From NCBI GenBank assembly GCA_964016885.1, contig OZ024740.1:361646001-361710000 (forward strand): a stretch of DNA of 64,000 nucleotides, written 5' to 3'. The position numbers were made by a program, and so were the translations under genes. The DNA is from Eledone cirrhosa (taxonomy: Eukaryota). Positions 44,289 through 60,511 of the stretch are shown in pieces. The number at the start of each line of letters is the position of its first letter. Position 1 is the first letter of the stretch. Below the pieces are notes generated by a model that saw only the letters and a list, made by a program, of their open reading frames with translations, was not told the origin of the DNA and made no database searches.

Positions 44289-44403
44289 ATGTATGCATGT
44301 ATGAATGTATGTATGTATGTATGAATGTATGTATATATATATTTATATATAAATATATACACATATACATGTATGTATGTATGTATGAATGTATGTATAT
44401 ATG

Positions 44404-44830
44404 TCAGGTCACCAGTTGGTGCTACTGGTAACATGTATCCCAGTACAACCTGTCCCATGGCCGGGTCGTTGGCGACTAAACTGGCAACCCCACCAAGGTT
44501 TCTTGGTGAGGAGGGTGACTTTGGACATCCTGCAGGACTAAAAACAAAACCTGTCAAAGGGCAAAGGATCTCTTAAGAGTCAATGGCCATCCCAAATCAC
44601 CGGGAGAGATGACCCCTTAGCCTTTGTCAAGGCAGAATTCTAGGAGAAGGAAAACTCTGATATAACACCTACAACCCTGATGGTATCCAATGATGTTGAC
44701 TTGTTCTTCTTTTTGGTAAATATCATCTTGGTCAAGAGAGTGGGACTGGCTTTGTGCAGTGCCTTTGCTCACTATAAAAGCTTCACGGCACAGGCATTGC
44801 TTTATATCTGGAGATCTCTCTGCACTTGTC
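44404..44830 (+). mobile_element. Interspersed repeat, probably RTE 5'-UTR/SINE-related; also ~57070-57455 (+) and ~25125-25290 (-)
   Basis: Shared gacccc..agcctttgtca..ctaggagaagg..aactc..gatataa..gatgttga..gagagtggga among the copies. Confidence 0.55.
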
Positions 44831-45901
44831 GTCACATGGTACCATGGGCCCAGCACTATGTGTCAATAATTGTCACAAGTGTAGTGTTTGTACCAGATTT
44901 TTTAAGTCGCTGGCTGGACTAAAAAGTCACACTTGTTCAGCGCATCGGTAGGGGTTCTCCTACATGGATATAAAGTAGTGGCCGTACTCGAAAACGAGTT
45001 GGCAGCCGCCATGTATACATACAATAATGATTATTGCGATGGCCAGATCCTAGATATTGATGACTTATTTTATTCAGAATCTGCTGTAATACATATTTCT
45101 GTGGCGCTCATGATTACGCAAAGCAGTCATCACGCGTGTATATAAGAATCTTAATAACAGTATCTTCCTTACATTATCAATACTATTATCAATATTATTA
45201 TTGTGAATTTGAAAGTTAAAACTTCAACGTTTTGTTTTTACTATAAAGAATTGTCTAATTTGGGCATATAAGCCCTGAAGACGGAAAAGATTTGTACAGC
45301 CCCACCCCTGGAACTCGAACACACACCTGAAATATACCGTTTTGCTGTGCTAACCATTACACTAAAGCGGCAGTCGATGGATTTGTCCGTTATTTTAAGC
45401 CTTATCAATCAGCTAGTAAATATGTAAATCTATTTTTAAAACCGTTGAATTTGTAAATTAGAAGTTTCCACGTTTTTTTTTTACTATGAAAAATAGTTTA
45501 ATAAGTTGAACATATAAACCCTGGAGACGGAAAAGATTTTTGTACAGCGTCGCCCGTAGGACACAAATCCATACTTGCTATATATTAAAGCAACAACCAA
45601 CGATTTTTCCCCCTTATTTTAAGTTTTATCAATCAACCAGTAAATCAACCAGTAAATATGTAAGCAGCAAAATCTCTCATAAACCACACTTTATCATATT
45701 AAAGCAAAAATATGACGTATTGGATAATGAAGTTTGAAATAAATTATGAAAAGACGAGACGGCTATAGGTAGAATATATGAGATCATAAACACTCAACCA
45801 GGACTGACTTGGGGATGAACATCAGGTTTCCAGTAAAACTAAGCCATCTTTCTTACGCTGATTCTCTTATCTATGTTTCTTGGATAATTTAGTTTAAGAT
45901 T

Positions 45902-45980
45902 AACTATAAAAAGACGAGATTCTATATAAAAAGACGAGATTATATAAAAAGACGAGATTAACTATAAAAAGACGAGATTC
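45902..45980. repeat. ~19-bp tandem repeat x4
   Basis: Core tataaaaagacgagatt is repeated four times. Confidence 0.85.
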
Positions 45981-46411
45981 GCCCGGTTAGATTTTCATTG
46001 ATTATTATATGTCTGTCGATCATGGTTGACCGAAAGATAAACTATGAGAAAATAAGTGATTATCATAGCTAAAATTCTTTTGATCAGATCTCTGCTCATT
46101 CAGAGCTGAGTTGGTATTAAATAACAGTAACTTGAATGGGATAAGCGGTATTTCACGAAAACAAACCCGTTTAATACTCACTTGGTCGAAAAATATTCGC
46201 TGAAAGAAGCATTGGTCGAAAAATATTTATAGAAAGACATATTCGTGCAGAAATATAAATTGAAAGACACATTCGTCGAAGAATATTTGTAGTAAAATAT
46301 TTGTAGTAAAAAAAAAAGTTTTAAAAACGTATTCGTCGAAAAAATATGACTTGAATTTCATTTGTCGAAAAATATTCAAAGGAATTTTTAAAGTATATAA
46401 CAGAATATACA

Positions 46412-46443
<32 letters not shown>

Positions 46444-46984
46444 ATTTCGCCTATTGGATTACTCACTGGAACCCTGTTTAAGTTATTTTAAACAGATTCT
46501 ATTTCTCCAATTATTTTGAAGAAGAAATGCTAATAGAAAGTTAAAAATATATCCAAACGCGTTTCCTATTGTTTTTGAGTTGAAATTTAAGGATTATTTA
46601 TAACTAACTAAGATCAACATCAAGAAACTATATCGTTATTGCTGTTGTATAGCGAAGAACAAAACCAATTTTATTTATTTATTTTCTTTCCAAAATGTAT
46701 TATATTTTTTGTTTTTCGTTTGTATATGTTTACGGTTTTTGTAATCTGATTACTTACCTAACGCCAGCACTGGGTCAGTAGCTAAATGATGTAAGTCGTC
46801 TTTTTATTTCTATGATCGACCGCCACTAGGAAATAGTTCTGATTCCAAACAAACACCTATGCTTCTAGCGTTACTTAAGATTGATGTTCTCTAATTAAGG
46901 AACTGAGATCGCTATCTTCTTGTGTCTATCAAACAGAGAGTGTTCTTAGCAAAGCATCTAACGGTACAGGGTGATTATATATAT

Positions 46985-47080
<96 letters not shown>

Positions 47081-47138
47081 TGTATGTATGTATGTATGTA
47101 TGTATGTATGTATGTATGTATGTATAAATATGTGTATG

Positions 47139-47178
<40 letters not shown>

Positions 47179-47237
47179 CATACATACACATATTTATACA
47201 TACATACATACATACATATATATATATACATATATAC

Positions 47238-47285
<48 letters not shown>

Positions 47286-47302
47286 CATACATATATACAT
47301 AC

Positions 47303-47347
<45 letters not shown>

Positions 47348-47644
47348 CATACATACATATATTTAGATTTATACATATATACCTGAAAGTGTCGAATTCG
47401 TGTAACACACTAATAATTCTTTTATGTATATGTTTTAATGTTAACTCTCTACAGGGGGTGAAAATGAAGCTCCCAAGAATGACACTAGTTTTATGTTTAT
47501 TTTACGAGGCAGTTTAGCACAGAAATTATCTCGGCAGCATATCAATGTGTACATACACCATAGGACGCCAGAAATATCATTTAAGCATGAGTAGGATATA
47601 TCTTTTCCTGGTTTTTCTTTTATGTTAAATATATTCTCCGCTTG

Positions 47645-48034
<390 letters not shown>

Positions 48035-51000
48035 TCCCCACTTGTGCGCTGTATTATTACTCGACTAAAGGATGTTTTCATCTGTGTTGCTGTACTCCTG
48101 TATGTGTTATACTCCCGTCTGTTCTAAAGGCAACTGTTCCTGTTGTTTAATCTATCTGGAGTCAATTTTACATTCATTCCATCTCTCGGAATGGGGATCT
48201 AATTCCGAGACCGTTATATTAACGGAATCGATTCCATTAACCATATAAAACATAAAACTTTCTATACATAATTTGGCCTTAAACTTATTTTAACGGATTC
48301 GGAAATAGCACTGTCATGTAATTTGTTTATTTATGGTTCATATTTTCCGCGGGGAAACACTATAAATTCCATTTTATGGGAGAACCTCATGAAAGCAACG
48401 AGTAATCTTCATTGGTAACTATTACCCTTTCAATTTAGTATTCGTGAAAGTGTAAAGCAATTTGTTTTTATGACTCTGGCTTTCTTCCAAGTTATATATC
48501 GTTAATATGGCAGCTTTGCTTCTTATATGAAACCATCAACATTATTACTACCATGAACCCCACTTACAATCTCTCCGTCTATTGTTCCTACTATTTTCTC
48601 TTCCACACCTATGGTTTTCAAAATACTATTTTTTATGGTCTCCTACATTCAGTCGTCCGTATAAATTCAATCTTTGTTTTATATCACATTGTTATTCGAT
48701 TTTTCTCATTCTCATTTTATATATGTATTAATACACTCACAAGCATACAAGCACGCAACACAAACACCCATAATGCACACACATACCTTTATAACGCGCG
48801 CCTTAAGCATAAGCGTCGCTTGGATTATGATAAATAACTTTTCGAATATCTTCGTTCGAGTCACTCCAGAGCATGAAGCTGAACCGTACACCGCTCAGAA
48901 AGAAATCCGGTAAAATACGAAATACTGAAGAAATTGTTTAAGCATAAATACTGAGTAGTTTTGAATACAGTTATAGCTTAATAATGGTTTCAGATTTAAG
49001 CACAAGGTCAGCAATTTGGGGGGAGTGTTAAAACTGAAGCAATTACATAATGGAAAAACCAGTCTAGCCAATTCAGAGCACATACAAACTATTACATTCA
49101 CATTTTTCTTGTTTCGGTGGGTAGGAGGTGTTGATTTTTTATTGCACTTCAATGATTTTGTCACAAAATTTCACTGCAACCACTTCTTTTATTTCTCTTA
49201 CTAGTTTTAAGCATTAGTCATCAAACAACGGTTCGAAGAAAAGTATTTTAAATTCACCGGTAACATTTCAAAGCTTCTGAGCGGCAATATTTTAATGTTT
49301 GCGGCACCATTCCAGCGGCTGCGTGATCGAGCACCATAGAGAGAACGTTGATAAAGGGATAATTTGACAAATATATTTTCAAATAATACGAACAGTAATT
49401 TTTGAGGCTCTCAAAACTGTTCGGTTATCATCATGTTTTGGACATCGTAAATGTGCAGTAGAGTATATCGATCGTAGTAGTGCAACATTTTAGCCGGTGC
49501 TGCGAGTTTAATCGAATGGCACACCTATAATTAATTGCCAGAAAAGGGATATTTAGGTACATATAACTTTTCCGCCGTCAGAAATGAGCTGGTACGCAGT
49601 GGCTTACCAGCTAAAAAAAAACCCCAAAACAGACTAAAAGCCAATCAGACCGATCTCGTTTTCTGTCCGCGAAGAGATTGTAAAATCACGTGTTTCATTC
49701 CGCACATCGCACTGGCTAAAATGTGGGCTACTATAATACTCTCTACGGTAATCTTGTACGGTAGAATTATATAGACTAACCAAGGATGACAGCTCATCTG
49801 TTATATGTTGTTAAATTATTTCCTTCGACATCACAGTGTGATTATTATTGGAAATATCATATACATGGATGTTTCTATGGTTGAACAAGATTGAAAGGTG
49901 GTATCCATCAAATTGGGTCTAGAAAGCAAGTAAAGGTATTTATTAAGTAACTGTATACCATAGGGTGTATCACAGAAGGAGATTATGTGTGAGATTCAAA
50001 GGCCTGAAGAAAGTTGTCACCGTTGTTTGCATTAGACTGCATATTTTCCTAAGCTGATAAACATGTATACTGTAGATCTAATAATCTATGCATCTTTTGC
50101 TTAACCTTAACATCCTGTAATGATCTAGCAGAACATTCAAAAATAGATTTGTTAATTCAACTTTTTATAGAATCTTTGTTAGTAGCCAGATCATTATGAT
50201 AATTTGAAATCAACTAAAGTAAAGCGGTGCAGTCATAGTGCAGCTTGTTTACTTTCAATTAAAGAAAAGTTGAAAATGAAGCAGACTTTGGCGGGATTTG
50301 AACTCAGAGCGCAGAGATCTTGAAAGAACACCAAAAATCATTTTACCCGATGATGGGAGTCGTTGGAGCGCCGTATTGACATACAGCGTTTCTAGGACAT
50401 TTGAAAAATCTACCGTAGCTCACCCCTCTCCAGGTTTGAACGCAGCAGATTTCTTCCAGAGAAGGATAGAGGGAGTGAGAGAAAGGAAGTGAGAAAGAGA
50501 TATAGAGGTACTTTTCTATCGATCTCGAAAGGATGAAAGGCAAAGTTGACCTTGGCAGGTTTGAACTCAGAGAGCAGAGAGCAGAAATTCTATCCGACGT
50601 TCTAACGACTATGCCAATTCGTCGCATACTATGTAGAAAGATATACATTATATCCTATGATGGCCACCATTTTATGTGATCATTGTATTCGTAGGTTGTG
50701 AAAAGGTTGCAGCAGGATGTCATATAATACTTGCTATGTAAATCACTTTGTCATAAATTAATCAGTTCTGCAACAGATCGTTTCACATGGCAAAAAAACG
50801 TGCAGCTTGTTTCGTTGTGTATCCGTAATAAATCATGTCTACAGCTTAGCATTAAGTAACGCTTGGCATAACCTTTACTATGCAACCGCAATCTCTATTT
50901 AATTTGTGAGTACAACATATGAACTTCTGTCATAAAGGACATTATGTTTGAAATTGCATCTATTTCTAAAGTAGCTCTTTACTAATCATTTCTTTCTGTT

Positions 51001-53071
51001 TTGCTACCACTACAAAGTTTCAGCTGCTTACATAACATCGTCAATTTAAAAGTGGGTAATGTTTCAGTTCTTCGCAGTTCTGTTAATTCTGCTTTAGATG
51101 GATTACCGAGATTATAGTTAGAACATCAACATCACTTTAGGGTTGGTAAAATGCCATATTATCTTTCAATCAGATTTGAAATAATAATAATTTTTTCTTT
51201 AACACATCAAAACTAAAAGCAACCCGAATTAGATTTATATTTATGATAATTTTGTGTTTCGTAAAACTGGTATTATCATCTAGTTGTCGTCAATTTTATT
51301 TATACAAATTACGAAAGGCATAACAACGAAAAACAGCAGCAAAAACCTAATTTCACTTTACTATTTCGTGATGGAATTTGTGGTGAATACTGCGGTAAAA
51401 TGTTCATTTTTTAACTCTTGATATCCTGCACTGTATCAAACCGCATTAGTAAAATATTGTCGAAAGGTACTAAACAGCATGATGGCTCTATCACATTAAA
51501 ATTAATATCTTTACTCTAATACTGTAAATTTTCACAACAATCTGTCCACCAATAAAATTAATATAAACATTTGAATTAACAAACCTGCTTCTAGATATTG
51601 TCTGCTAAATCATAACAGGATGTTGGTAGTTGAAATCGACTTCAATTGTATGTATACTTGTGATATAAATGAGTCATGTAGATCGTTACAGATATATGTA
51701 TCTAAAAAATGTCTTCCGACTTCCACAAATCATTGGAAGTTTCTTTACAAAGAACGAAGCATTTAAGTGTTTCAAAGGGGGTCATTAAAGTATTTTATGG
51801 CGTTGAAAAGATTCATTGATTGTAATATATGCATGCATGGGCCCTTAATGGCATATCTTGGGCATTTAAACCTAGCGGAGTCCATCCCCCTCCAGGTGTG
51901 AACTCAGCCGATTTATTTCCAAAGACTGGTGGAAAGAGAAAGGAAATGGGAAAGAGATATAGAGGAAGAATCGAGCCTAGTACTGGACAGGTACTTTATT
52001 TATCGACCTCAAAAGGATGAAAGGCAAAGTTAACCATGGCGGATTTGAACTAAGAACTCATAGAACCGGAAAAAATACTGCAAAGCATTTTATTCGGATC
52101 CGGCATTCTAACGAGTAAACTAATTTGTCGCTTTTTTTAATACATAGAGTTTAGTTTTATTTTACTTTTAAATACGACCCCACATCCTTCTAAAAATTGA
52201 AGTCCAAACTGTGTAGGATCATGGACTTTGTGAAACGTCATAAAACATTTGTAAGATTATAAAACCTGACAAATATGCGCCGGCTTTATCTACGTATTAT
52301 CTGCGAAGTATAAAAATGTACTTTTGCAGATTTGGTCTCGCGAGATATGGAGCTATTGTGCTGATTAACGAGACCGGATTGCCGAGATCCGTTTGTAGGA
52401 TGTTCTTGACGTCTATCTTCAGGAAGGATGTGCATATTTAGTAGGAGGTGTTGATTGACTGTGTGAATGAGGTCTGTAAACGGACGCAGAGTGCGGAATG
52501 TAGATGATTATCACGTGTAGGGGTATGTGTGTGATTAGAAGTGACAGCGAGTGGTTAGTAATGATAGACGTAATACATAGATACATACATACATATAATA
52601 CATGCATACATACCTACATGCATAGGCACATTCATACATACACACATACATAAATACATATATTCATACACAAATACATATATCGATAGTACATGGATCG
52701 ATATCTGCATAGATACATACATAGATGCAAACATACATATATAGATGCTTGCATTCATACATAGATGCATGCATAGATAGATATATGAATTCTTACATTC
52801 ATATATGCATAGTTAGATACACACATACTTACATACATATAAGCAAACATACATGAATTCATACACACATACTTATACACGTACGTGTGTATATTAAAGT
52901 TTATTCATATGTGTGCAAAAAACTAAGTGTATTCATATATAAAGTATCTTCTATAACGATACAACTTATACACACATAAATAGTCAGTCTCACCCCCCCC
53001 CATATATATATATATATATATACATCAAACTTTGCAATTATCCTTATTGTATATATATATCTATCTATCTA

Positions 53072-53138
<67 letters not shown>

Positions 53139-53151
53139 GTATATATATATG

Positions 53152-53233
<82 letters not shown>

Positions 53234-55181
53234 CGTGTATATCCGAATGAATTTGTTCAGGTAGGTGTGTGTGAGATAATAGGTTTTAGCTTGAAGAGTA
53301 AAAAAAATAAACCAAATTGTGGAATTTCATAAAAAAATCCAGCCTAGGATTAGGAAAAGACCTGCATTTATCCGACAAGGAAAACTTGGCAATGTTTCAG
53401 AAACGCAATATTATCACTTGGCATCTTCATGTAGACGCCCATTTTTAGCGAGAGTCATTATTACTTAATGTGTCACAACTTATTAGCTAGTTCTCTAAAC
53501 TGCTTTTACAAGCTCATGTAAAGACTGGTGGCTTAGAGGTTAGTGTGTTGGGCTCAACATCTAATTGTCGTATATCCGATACTGGACATGGCGGTTCGTT
53601 GTGAATAAAACACCATATTTTGAGGTGTTCCAGTCTACTCAACTGGAAAAAAAAATGAGTCGTACTTGTAGTTCAATGGGCTAGCTTTGCCATGTTATAC
53701 ACTGTGTCCAGTTAAATCTCCCTGAGAATTACATTAAGAATACACGTTTCTGTGGAATGCTCAGCCACTTGCATCTTATTTTCACAAACAGGCCGTTCCG
53801 CTGGAACATTCATCGTTGGAACTGACGGAGGTCCAACACAAGCAGTGCCCCTGTAATATTATTTAAACACCATTGTAACCAAACCTATTTGGAAGCACGT
53901 CGAATGGATTGTTCCTGTAATTCAAAAGGCCAGCCTTATCATGTCACACTGTCTCCCTAAATCTCCCTGAAAAATTACATTAAGGATACATATGTCAGTG
54001 GAATGCTCAGGAAATTGCACGTTAATTTATAGAGCGGGTTGTCCTGTTGATCGAACAACTGGAAGACTCCTCGCTGAATCAGACGGACGGACGTCCATTC
54101 CATTCATTTTAAAACTGTTTTAACAAGCTTGCTATTTAAAAATCATAGTTGATTTTTTTCTTCGTAAACGAAATTTTAGTCTAATTTAATTGTTGTGCAG
54201 CGTTATTTTCTTGGTAAGTTTGGTTTCTCTAACAATTAATGAACTAAGGCACTTCGCCAACAAATCTATCTACCTTTTCTTCATCTTGATGCCAACATTG
54301 AATGACAGACACTATGAAGGTGTTTTTATTTTTAAGAATTCAAGTCTAAATATGAAAATTTCCTCTTCCTACCCACACTTTCTCCCCCCCCTCTCTCTCT
54401 CTCTCTCTTTCTTTCTCTCTCTCTCTCTCTCACTCTTCCCCTCTTTGTTTATCAGTTTTTTTCTCTCTTCCTACCTCTCTTTTTTCTCTCTCTGTTTCAC
54501 ACTTCCTATTCTTCCCTTTCCATCACTCACCCCTCCCGGTGTCTCATACTTCTCTCTCCTCTCTCTCTCTTTAACAGTCTATCTTTCTCTCACTCTCTTT
54601 CTCTCGAGTCAATTAAATTTGATATATTTACAGTCTTAAAAACCATACTAATCTGTCAGAATGTGTCTGTTAGTAAAAATATAAGAAACTATAATAAAAA
54701 CATAAAGCCACAATGTTTATTGTGGCTTAACTTCAACAATTTCTTAATCGCGAGACTTCCTGTGATTTTAGGACAACAAAAATCCTGTCAGAAAATACCC
54801 CAAAACAAAACAAAAGACTAAACCAACAAAACTTGGCTCCAAGTAGATTTATTACTATTCAAACAGCTTCAGATTTGATATTTACTGTTTATTCACGTAA
54901 ATAAAATTTTGTTTGAAATTATCCACTCGTCCATCCATCCGCCCGTCCGTCCGTCCATCCATCCATCCATTCATCCACCCGTCCATCCATCCATCCATCC
55001 ATCCACCCGTCCATCCATCCATCCATCCATCCACCCGTCCATCCATCCATCCACCCATGCGACCTGTACTCCCAATGGAGCGTGTCTGCCGTATTTTAAA
55101 CTTGGCGGAGTCCATCTCTCTCCAGGTCTGAATACAGCAGATTTTTCCACAGAGAGAGAAAGTATGTGTGTGTGTGTGTGT

Positions 55182-55255
<74 letters not shown>

Positions 55256-55568
55256 AGGTAATGACTGGTACTTTATTGTTGCTCCAGTCCACACAAAAAT
55301 GTCACTCTGAATATCCTTGAGAACTGCAGCTAATAATACACACACATGTGGAATGCTCAGACACTTACACGTTAATTTCACGAGGAGGTTGTTCCGTTCA
55401 TCGCATCAATTAGAATACCCGTTCTCAGAAGGAACGGAGATCCAACATGAACAGCAATTCAACGAGTAGTGTAGTCATGATGTACTCATTGTCGAAACTG
55501 GTGGAAATCCTAGAGATCCTTATATTCTTTATAAATATGTATATGTGTGGAGAGACAGAGAGAGAGAA

Positions 55569-55627
<59 letters not shown>

Positions 55628-55944
55628 GAAAGAGAGAGAAAGAGAGAGAAAGAGAGAGAGATGGAGAGAAAATAATCTATTGAAGTGTTTTTCTCCACAC
55701 AAGGGCTGTTATGCCTCCATCTGTGAAAGCTTATGAAGCTTATGTAAATACGACTTTACACAGAAATTAAATATTTTCCGATGGCTCTCGCAGATTTCAT
55801 AAGCAATTGTGTTGGCAAATATTACCTAGGTTTGGCAGATAGTCAGACACTGGCAACCGGTCATGCAGCAAACTTTTAAAATTTGGCAGCTAATCGTGTC
55901 AAGTTTACCGAAATTAAAAGCAGGAAAAACATTAAAGAAATGTA

Positions 55945-56021
<77 letters not shown>

Positions 56022-56028
56022 ATATATG

Positions 56029-56230
<202 letters not shown>

Positions 56231-56242
56231 TATATATATATG

Positions 56243-56289
<47 letters not shown>

Positions 56290-56611
56290 CTAATGTAATA
56301 ATTCGCATTTCATGTATAGGAAATATAACGATACCTTTGTCAGTGCAAATGATAACTCTTAACTTCTTATACCGCACGAAATTACGTTATCATGACATTC
56401 TTCAAAGGTAAAACATTAGTACTATGACTGCATCACATTAGAAATAAAAGTGTTAACTTTAGTTTATTGTAAATGTTCACAATGGTCTGTTCACTAGTAA
56501 AGATACTATAAACGCGTGAATTAACAAAACACAGGAAGTAGCACTGAGCTACGCGTGCCATATAAACATTTCTCCCTAAATTATTTTAATAAAATGTTAC
56601 ACACACACACA

Positions 56612-56695
<84 letters not shown>

Positions 56696-56739
56696 TGTGT
56701 GTGTGTGTAACATTTTATTAAAATAATTTTTATATATAC

Positions 56740-57066
<327 letters not shown>

Positions 57067-57584
57067 GGGCGGAAGAACTCAATAGAATCAACGGCCATCC
57101 AAAAGTGTGTAAATATGTATATATACACATGTACATATGTATGTATATGTGTATATGCATGGGTGCATGTGTATGTATATGCGCGGGGACATAGAAATAG
57201 TCGGGCTGGACACCCGATCGCGCGGTTAAACTACTGGGAGTGAAGGACCCCAAGCCTTTGTCAGGGCATTCTTCTAGGAGAAGGCAACTCAGGAAACTGG
57301 GATAACTCCGATATAAAACCTGCGGCTCACTAGTTACCGATGATGTTGATCTTTTCATCTTTTCGGGTTATAGCTACTGTCGCTCAGAGAGTGGGATTGG
57401 CTCAGTGCACAGTCTTTCCTCACTTAAAAAAATATATTCACGCACAGGCATTGCACAATAGAATTAATTAATAATTATTAATAATGGTATATCGTGCAAT
57501 AACGAGGGGGAAGCCATCATATATATATATATGTGTATATATATACATATATATATATATGATGGCTTCCCTCTCGTTATCGAG

Positions 57585-57752
<168 letters not shown>

Positions 57753-58034
57753 TATATATGTATATGTTCATTTATTATGGCTAAGCAGTGATCTTCATTA
57801 TTTGGGAGTTTCACCTGCGCACTCACAGGATCATCAAACATGACAAGTTCGGTATTGGTTATCTTTTTTCTCACGTCCGTCAATAATACACGGATATATA
57901 TCTGGAACTTGCTGATGAAACAGCTCAGCCGCCAGGTCCCAACTCTTTATAATATAGACATAATCTACTACGCCAAGTATCGGGAACTCTGTTGAGTAAT
58001 GGTCTAACCGGTTTAAACTAATTCTATCCTGATT

Positions 58035-58110
<76 letters not shown>

Positions 58111-58128
58111 ATATAAAGAGAGAGATAG

Positions 58129-58170
<42 letters not shown>

Positions 58171-58365
58171 TGAGAGTCCTTAAAAACTACCTGGAATGAT
58201 GGTGGAATATACTCTCAAGGATCTATCAACTATAAACAAGATGTTCAAATTCATGGAAGCTACGAAAAGATTTATCGATTGAACAATTGAACTGCTCTGT
58301 AGCTGTCTTTATTTTTCACCCTTTTCTTATTTTTGCTTTTTTTTACCTCCTTTTTTTCTATCACA

Positions 58366-58471
<106 letters not shown>

Positions 58472-58557
58472 GTAGAACACTGGAAGGTAATATCCGTAGT
58501 GGTAGAGCACTCAGTCCATGGGACGAGTTAGGTAGAATTGGTTATAACCATGTCCAT

Positions 58558-58600
58558 TACGAGCTGAGGATCCGCTAAGGTGAAACAATTGTTCTCCGTA
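58558..58600 (+). ncRNA. Minimal type I hammerhead ribozyme in a ~160-bp insert (58468-58628) within (TA)n
   Basis: tacgag-CTGAGGA-tcc(gctaa)ggt-GAAAC-aatt-GTT^ctccgta. Stem III is palindromic and stem II is weak. Confidence 0.72.
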
Positions 58601-58627
58601 TGGTGAACTAACTGTTGTGTAACCACT

Positions 58628-58658
<31 letters not shown>

Positions 58659-58670
58659 GTATATATGTAG

Positions 58671-58746
<76 letters not shown>

Positions 58747-59059
58747 CCGCATTAAATACACCCCAAAACAGAACAATATGGTGTGTATAGGTACACAGTC
58801 ATCTCATCCAGCTTTCACAATATAACTTTGTTTAGTTTTCTTTTATCAAGCAAAACAACCCATTTTTTAAATGAAGAGTGAACATAGGTGGCTCTAGTCT
58901 ACTAATGAATACACTTCTCAACATTAAACAAAACAAACGAATGTAAAGAAGTGCAATTGCTAATTACGAGAATGGTTCACCTGGCACATACTATCTCTTA
59001 CTGCAAGACAATCAAAATATTACGAAGAATATTCAAGTAGAATAACAATATACTCTTTC

Positions 59060-59400
59060 AATAATTGTTTCTACTTTTGCCACAAAGCCAGCAATTATCC
59101 AGTGCATTAATGGTACTTTATTTTATCGACTCCGTAAGGATAAAAGACAAAGTTAACCTCGGCGGGATTTGAACTCAGAATGGCAAGGGCCGTAACTCTA
59201 TGCGTCAAAGCATGGCGTCCGACCCTCTACCGATACTGCCAATCCACCGCCCTAATAATATAATAATAATAGTAATAATGATTTCTTATATAGGCACAAG
59301 GCCAACAATTTTGGGGAGGGGAAAGTCGATTAAATCGATCCCAGTGCATTACTAGTGATTTATTTTATCGACCCCGTAAGGATGAAAGGCAAAATTAACT
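59060..59400 (-). mobile_element. Two tRNA-derived SINE copies
   Basis: ggtactttattttatcgac..aagttaacctcggcgggatttgaactcaga..ctgccaatccaccgcc. Confidence 0.8.
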
Positions 59401-60511
59401 TTTTTGCATGGTACTGCTTCGGGGATATGTTTAATGCAGCTCCGAGCATTCTTGTGTATGTGCTATCTAGTTTCTTCTCGAGTCGCTGAGTGAGTGTCCA
59501 CGTAATACTCCGGTACACCAGGACTGACTCCACCGTCGCTTGGGAGAATTAATGTTCTATTTGTTTGCGCAGCTTTGATTTGAACTCAAAAAGCAAAATA
59601 AGATAACTAAATACCTAAGCTTCCAATCCACAGTCGTATTTCTGCCACATAATATTATAATAACTTGGAAGAAAAACATAAAAATGAAGAGAATAAAAGG
59701 GGCAAAAATAAACTTACAGAGAGTAAGCTTTGGGATAATGAAGTGAATACAGAGAGGAAGAGAGGGTATGAGGAGAGATACAGGAAAGAAAGAGAGAGAG
59801 AGAGAAGAAATAGAAATAGAAAGAGAAAGAGAAAGAGAAAAATAGAGAAGGAAACAGAAATAGAAAGAGATAGATAGAGAGAGAGGGGGAGGAAGAGAGA
59901 GAAGAAATGAGAAAGAGAAAGAGGGATTTGAAGATGCAGTTTAGTTCAGAAAGAAAGCGAGAACCTGCTAGATTTCTGGTATTGTTGAAGTATCAGTGTC
60001 AGCCGACCACTAGCAGGTTTCTTGATGAGATGCAAGAACCTCAATAGAATACCGAGATATAATGAAGCGCAACTGATTAATTTAACGAGAACGTAATTAA
60101 TATCGACATTATTAAGTAAACCTAAATGTCAGCCAGTAATTTGCGGCTCTAATGTTTCAAGGAAAGGTCGTAAGTGTACGATTCTTATGGCCTTACATAG
60201 GAAAAGATTTCTGTTGCAGCTGTTGCTGATATATTGCTATATCTCATTGTATTTCTTCATTTGTAGGCAAGGTTAGTATATATAGAAAGTGAGAAATGAA
60301 ATGAAATTTACAGCTCACACCTATATGCAGGTTTATTTGGCCTCCTACGAGACGAATTGGCAGAGGCGTTCGGGCGTCGGATTAAATGTCATGGTATTTG
60401 TTCCGGTTCTCTAAGTTCTGGGTGGATTTGAATTCACTCGGAGAGCAGAAACGAATACTGCAAAACGTTCTAATCGACTTTCTAACGACTCTGCCAATTT
60501 GCCGCAAAATC

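Noticed and set aside
44406-44483. Possible HDV-like ribozyme at the 5' end of an RTE-related repeat (ggtc..ccagt..ggcc-gg-gtcgttggcga-ctaa-actgg)
   Set aside because: P2 and P4-like pairings exist, but P1 is short and P3 needs assumed mutations. It is not supportable without a consensus.
57803-57935. Hammerhead-like remnants (TTGATGA..GAAACTC on minus; CTGATGAAACAGCTC on plus)
   Set aside because: The core is mutated or stem II is deleted, and there is no convincing stem I.
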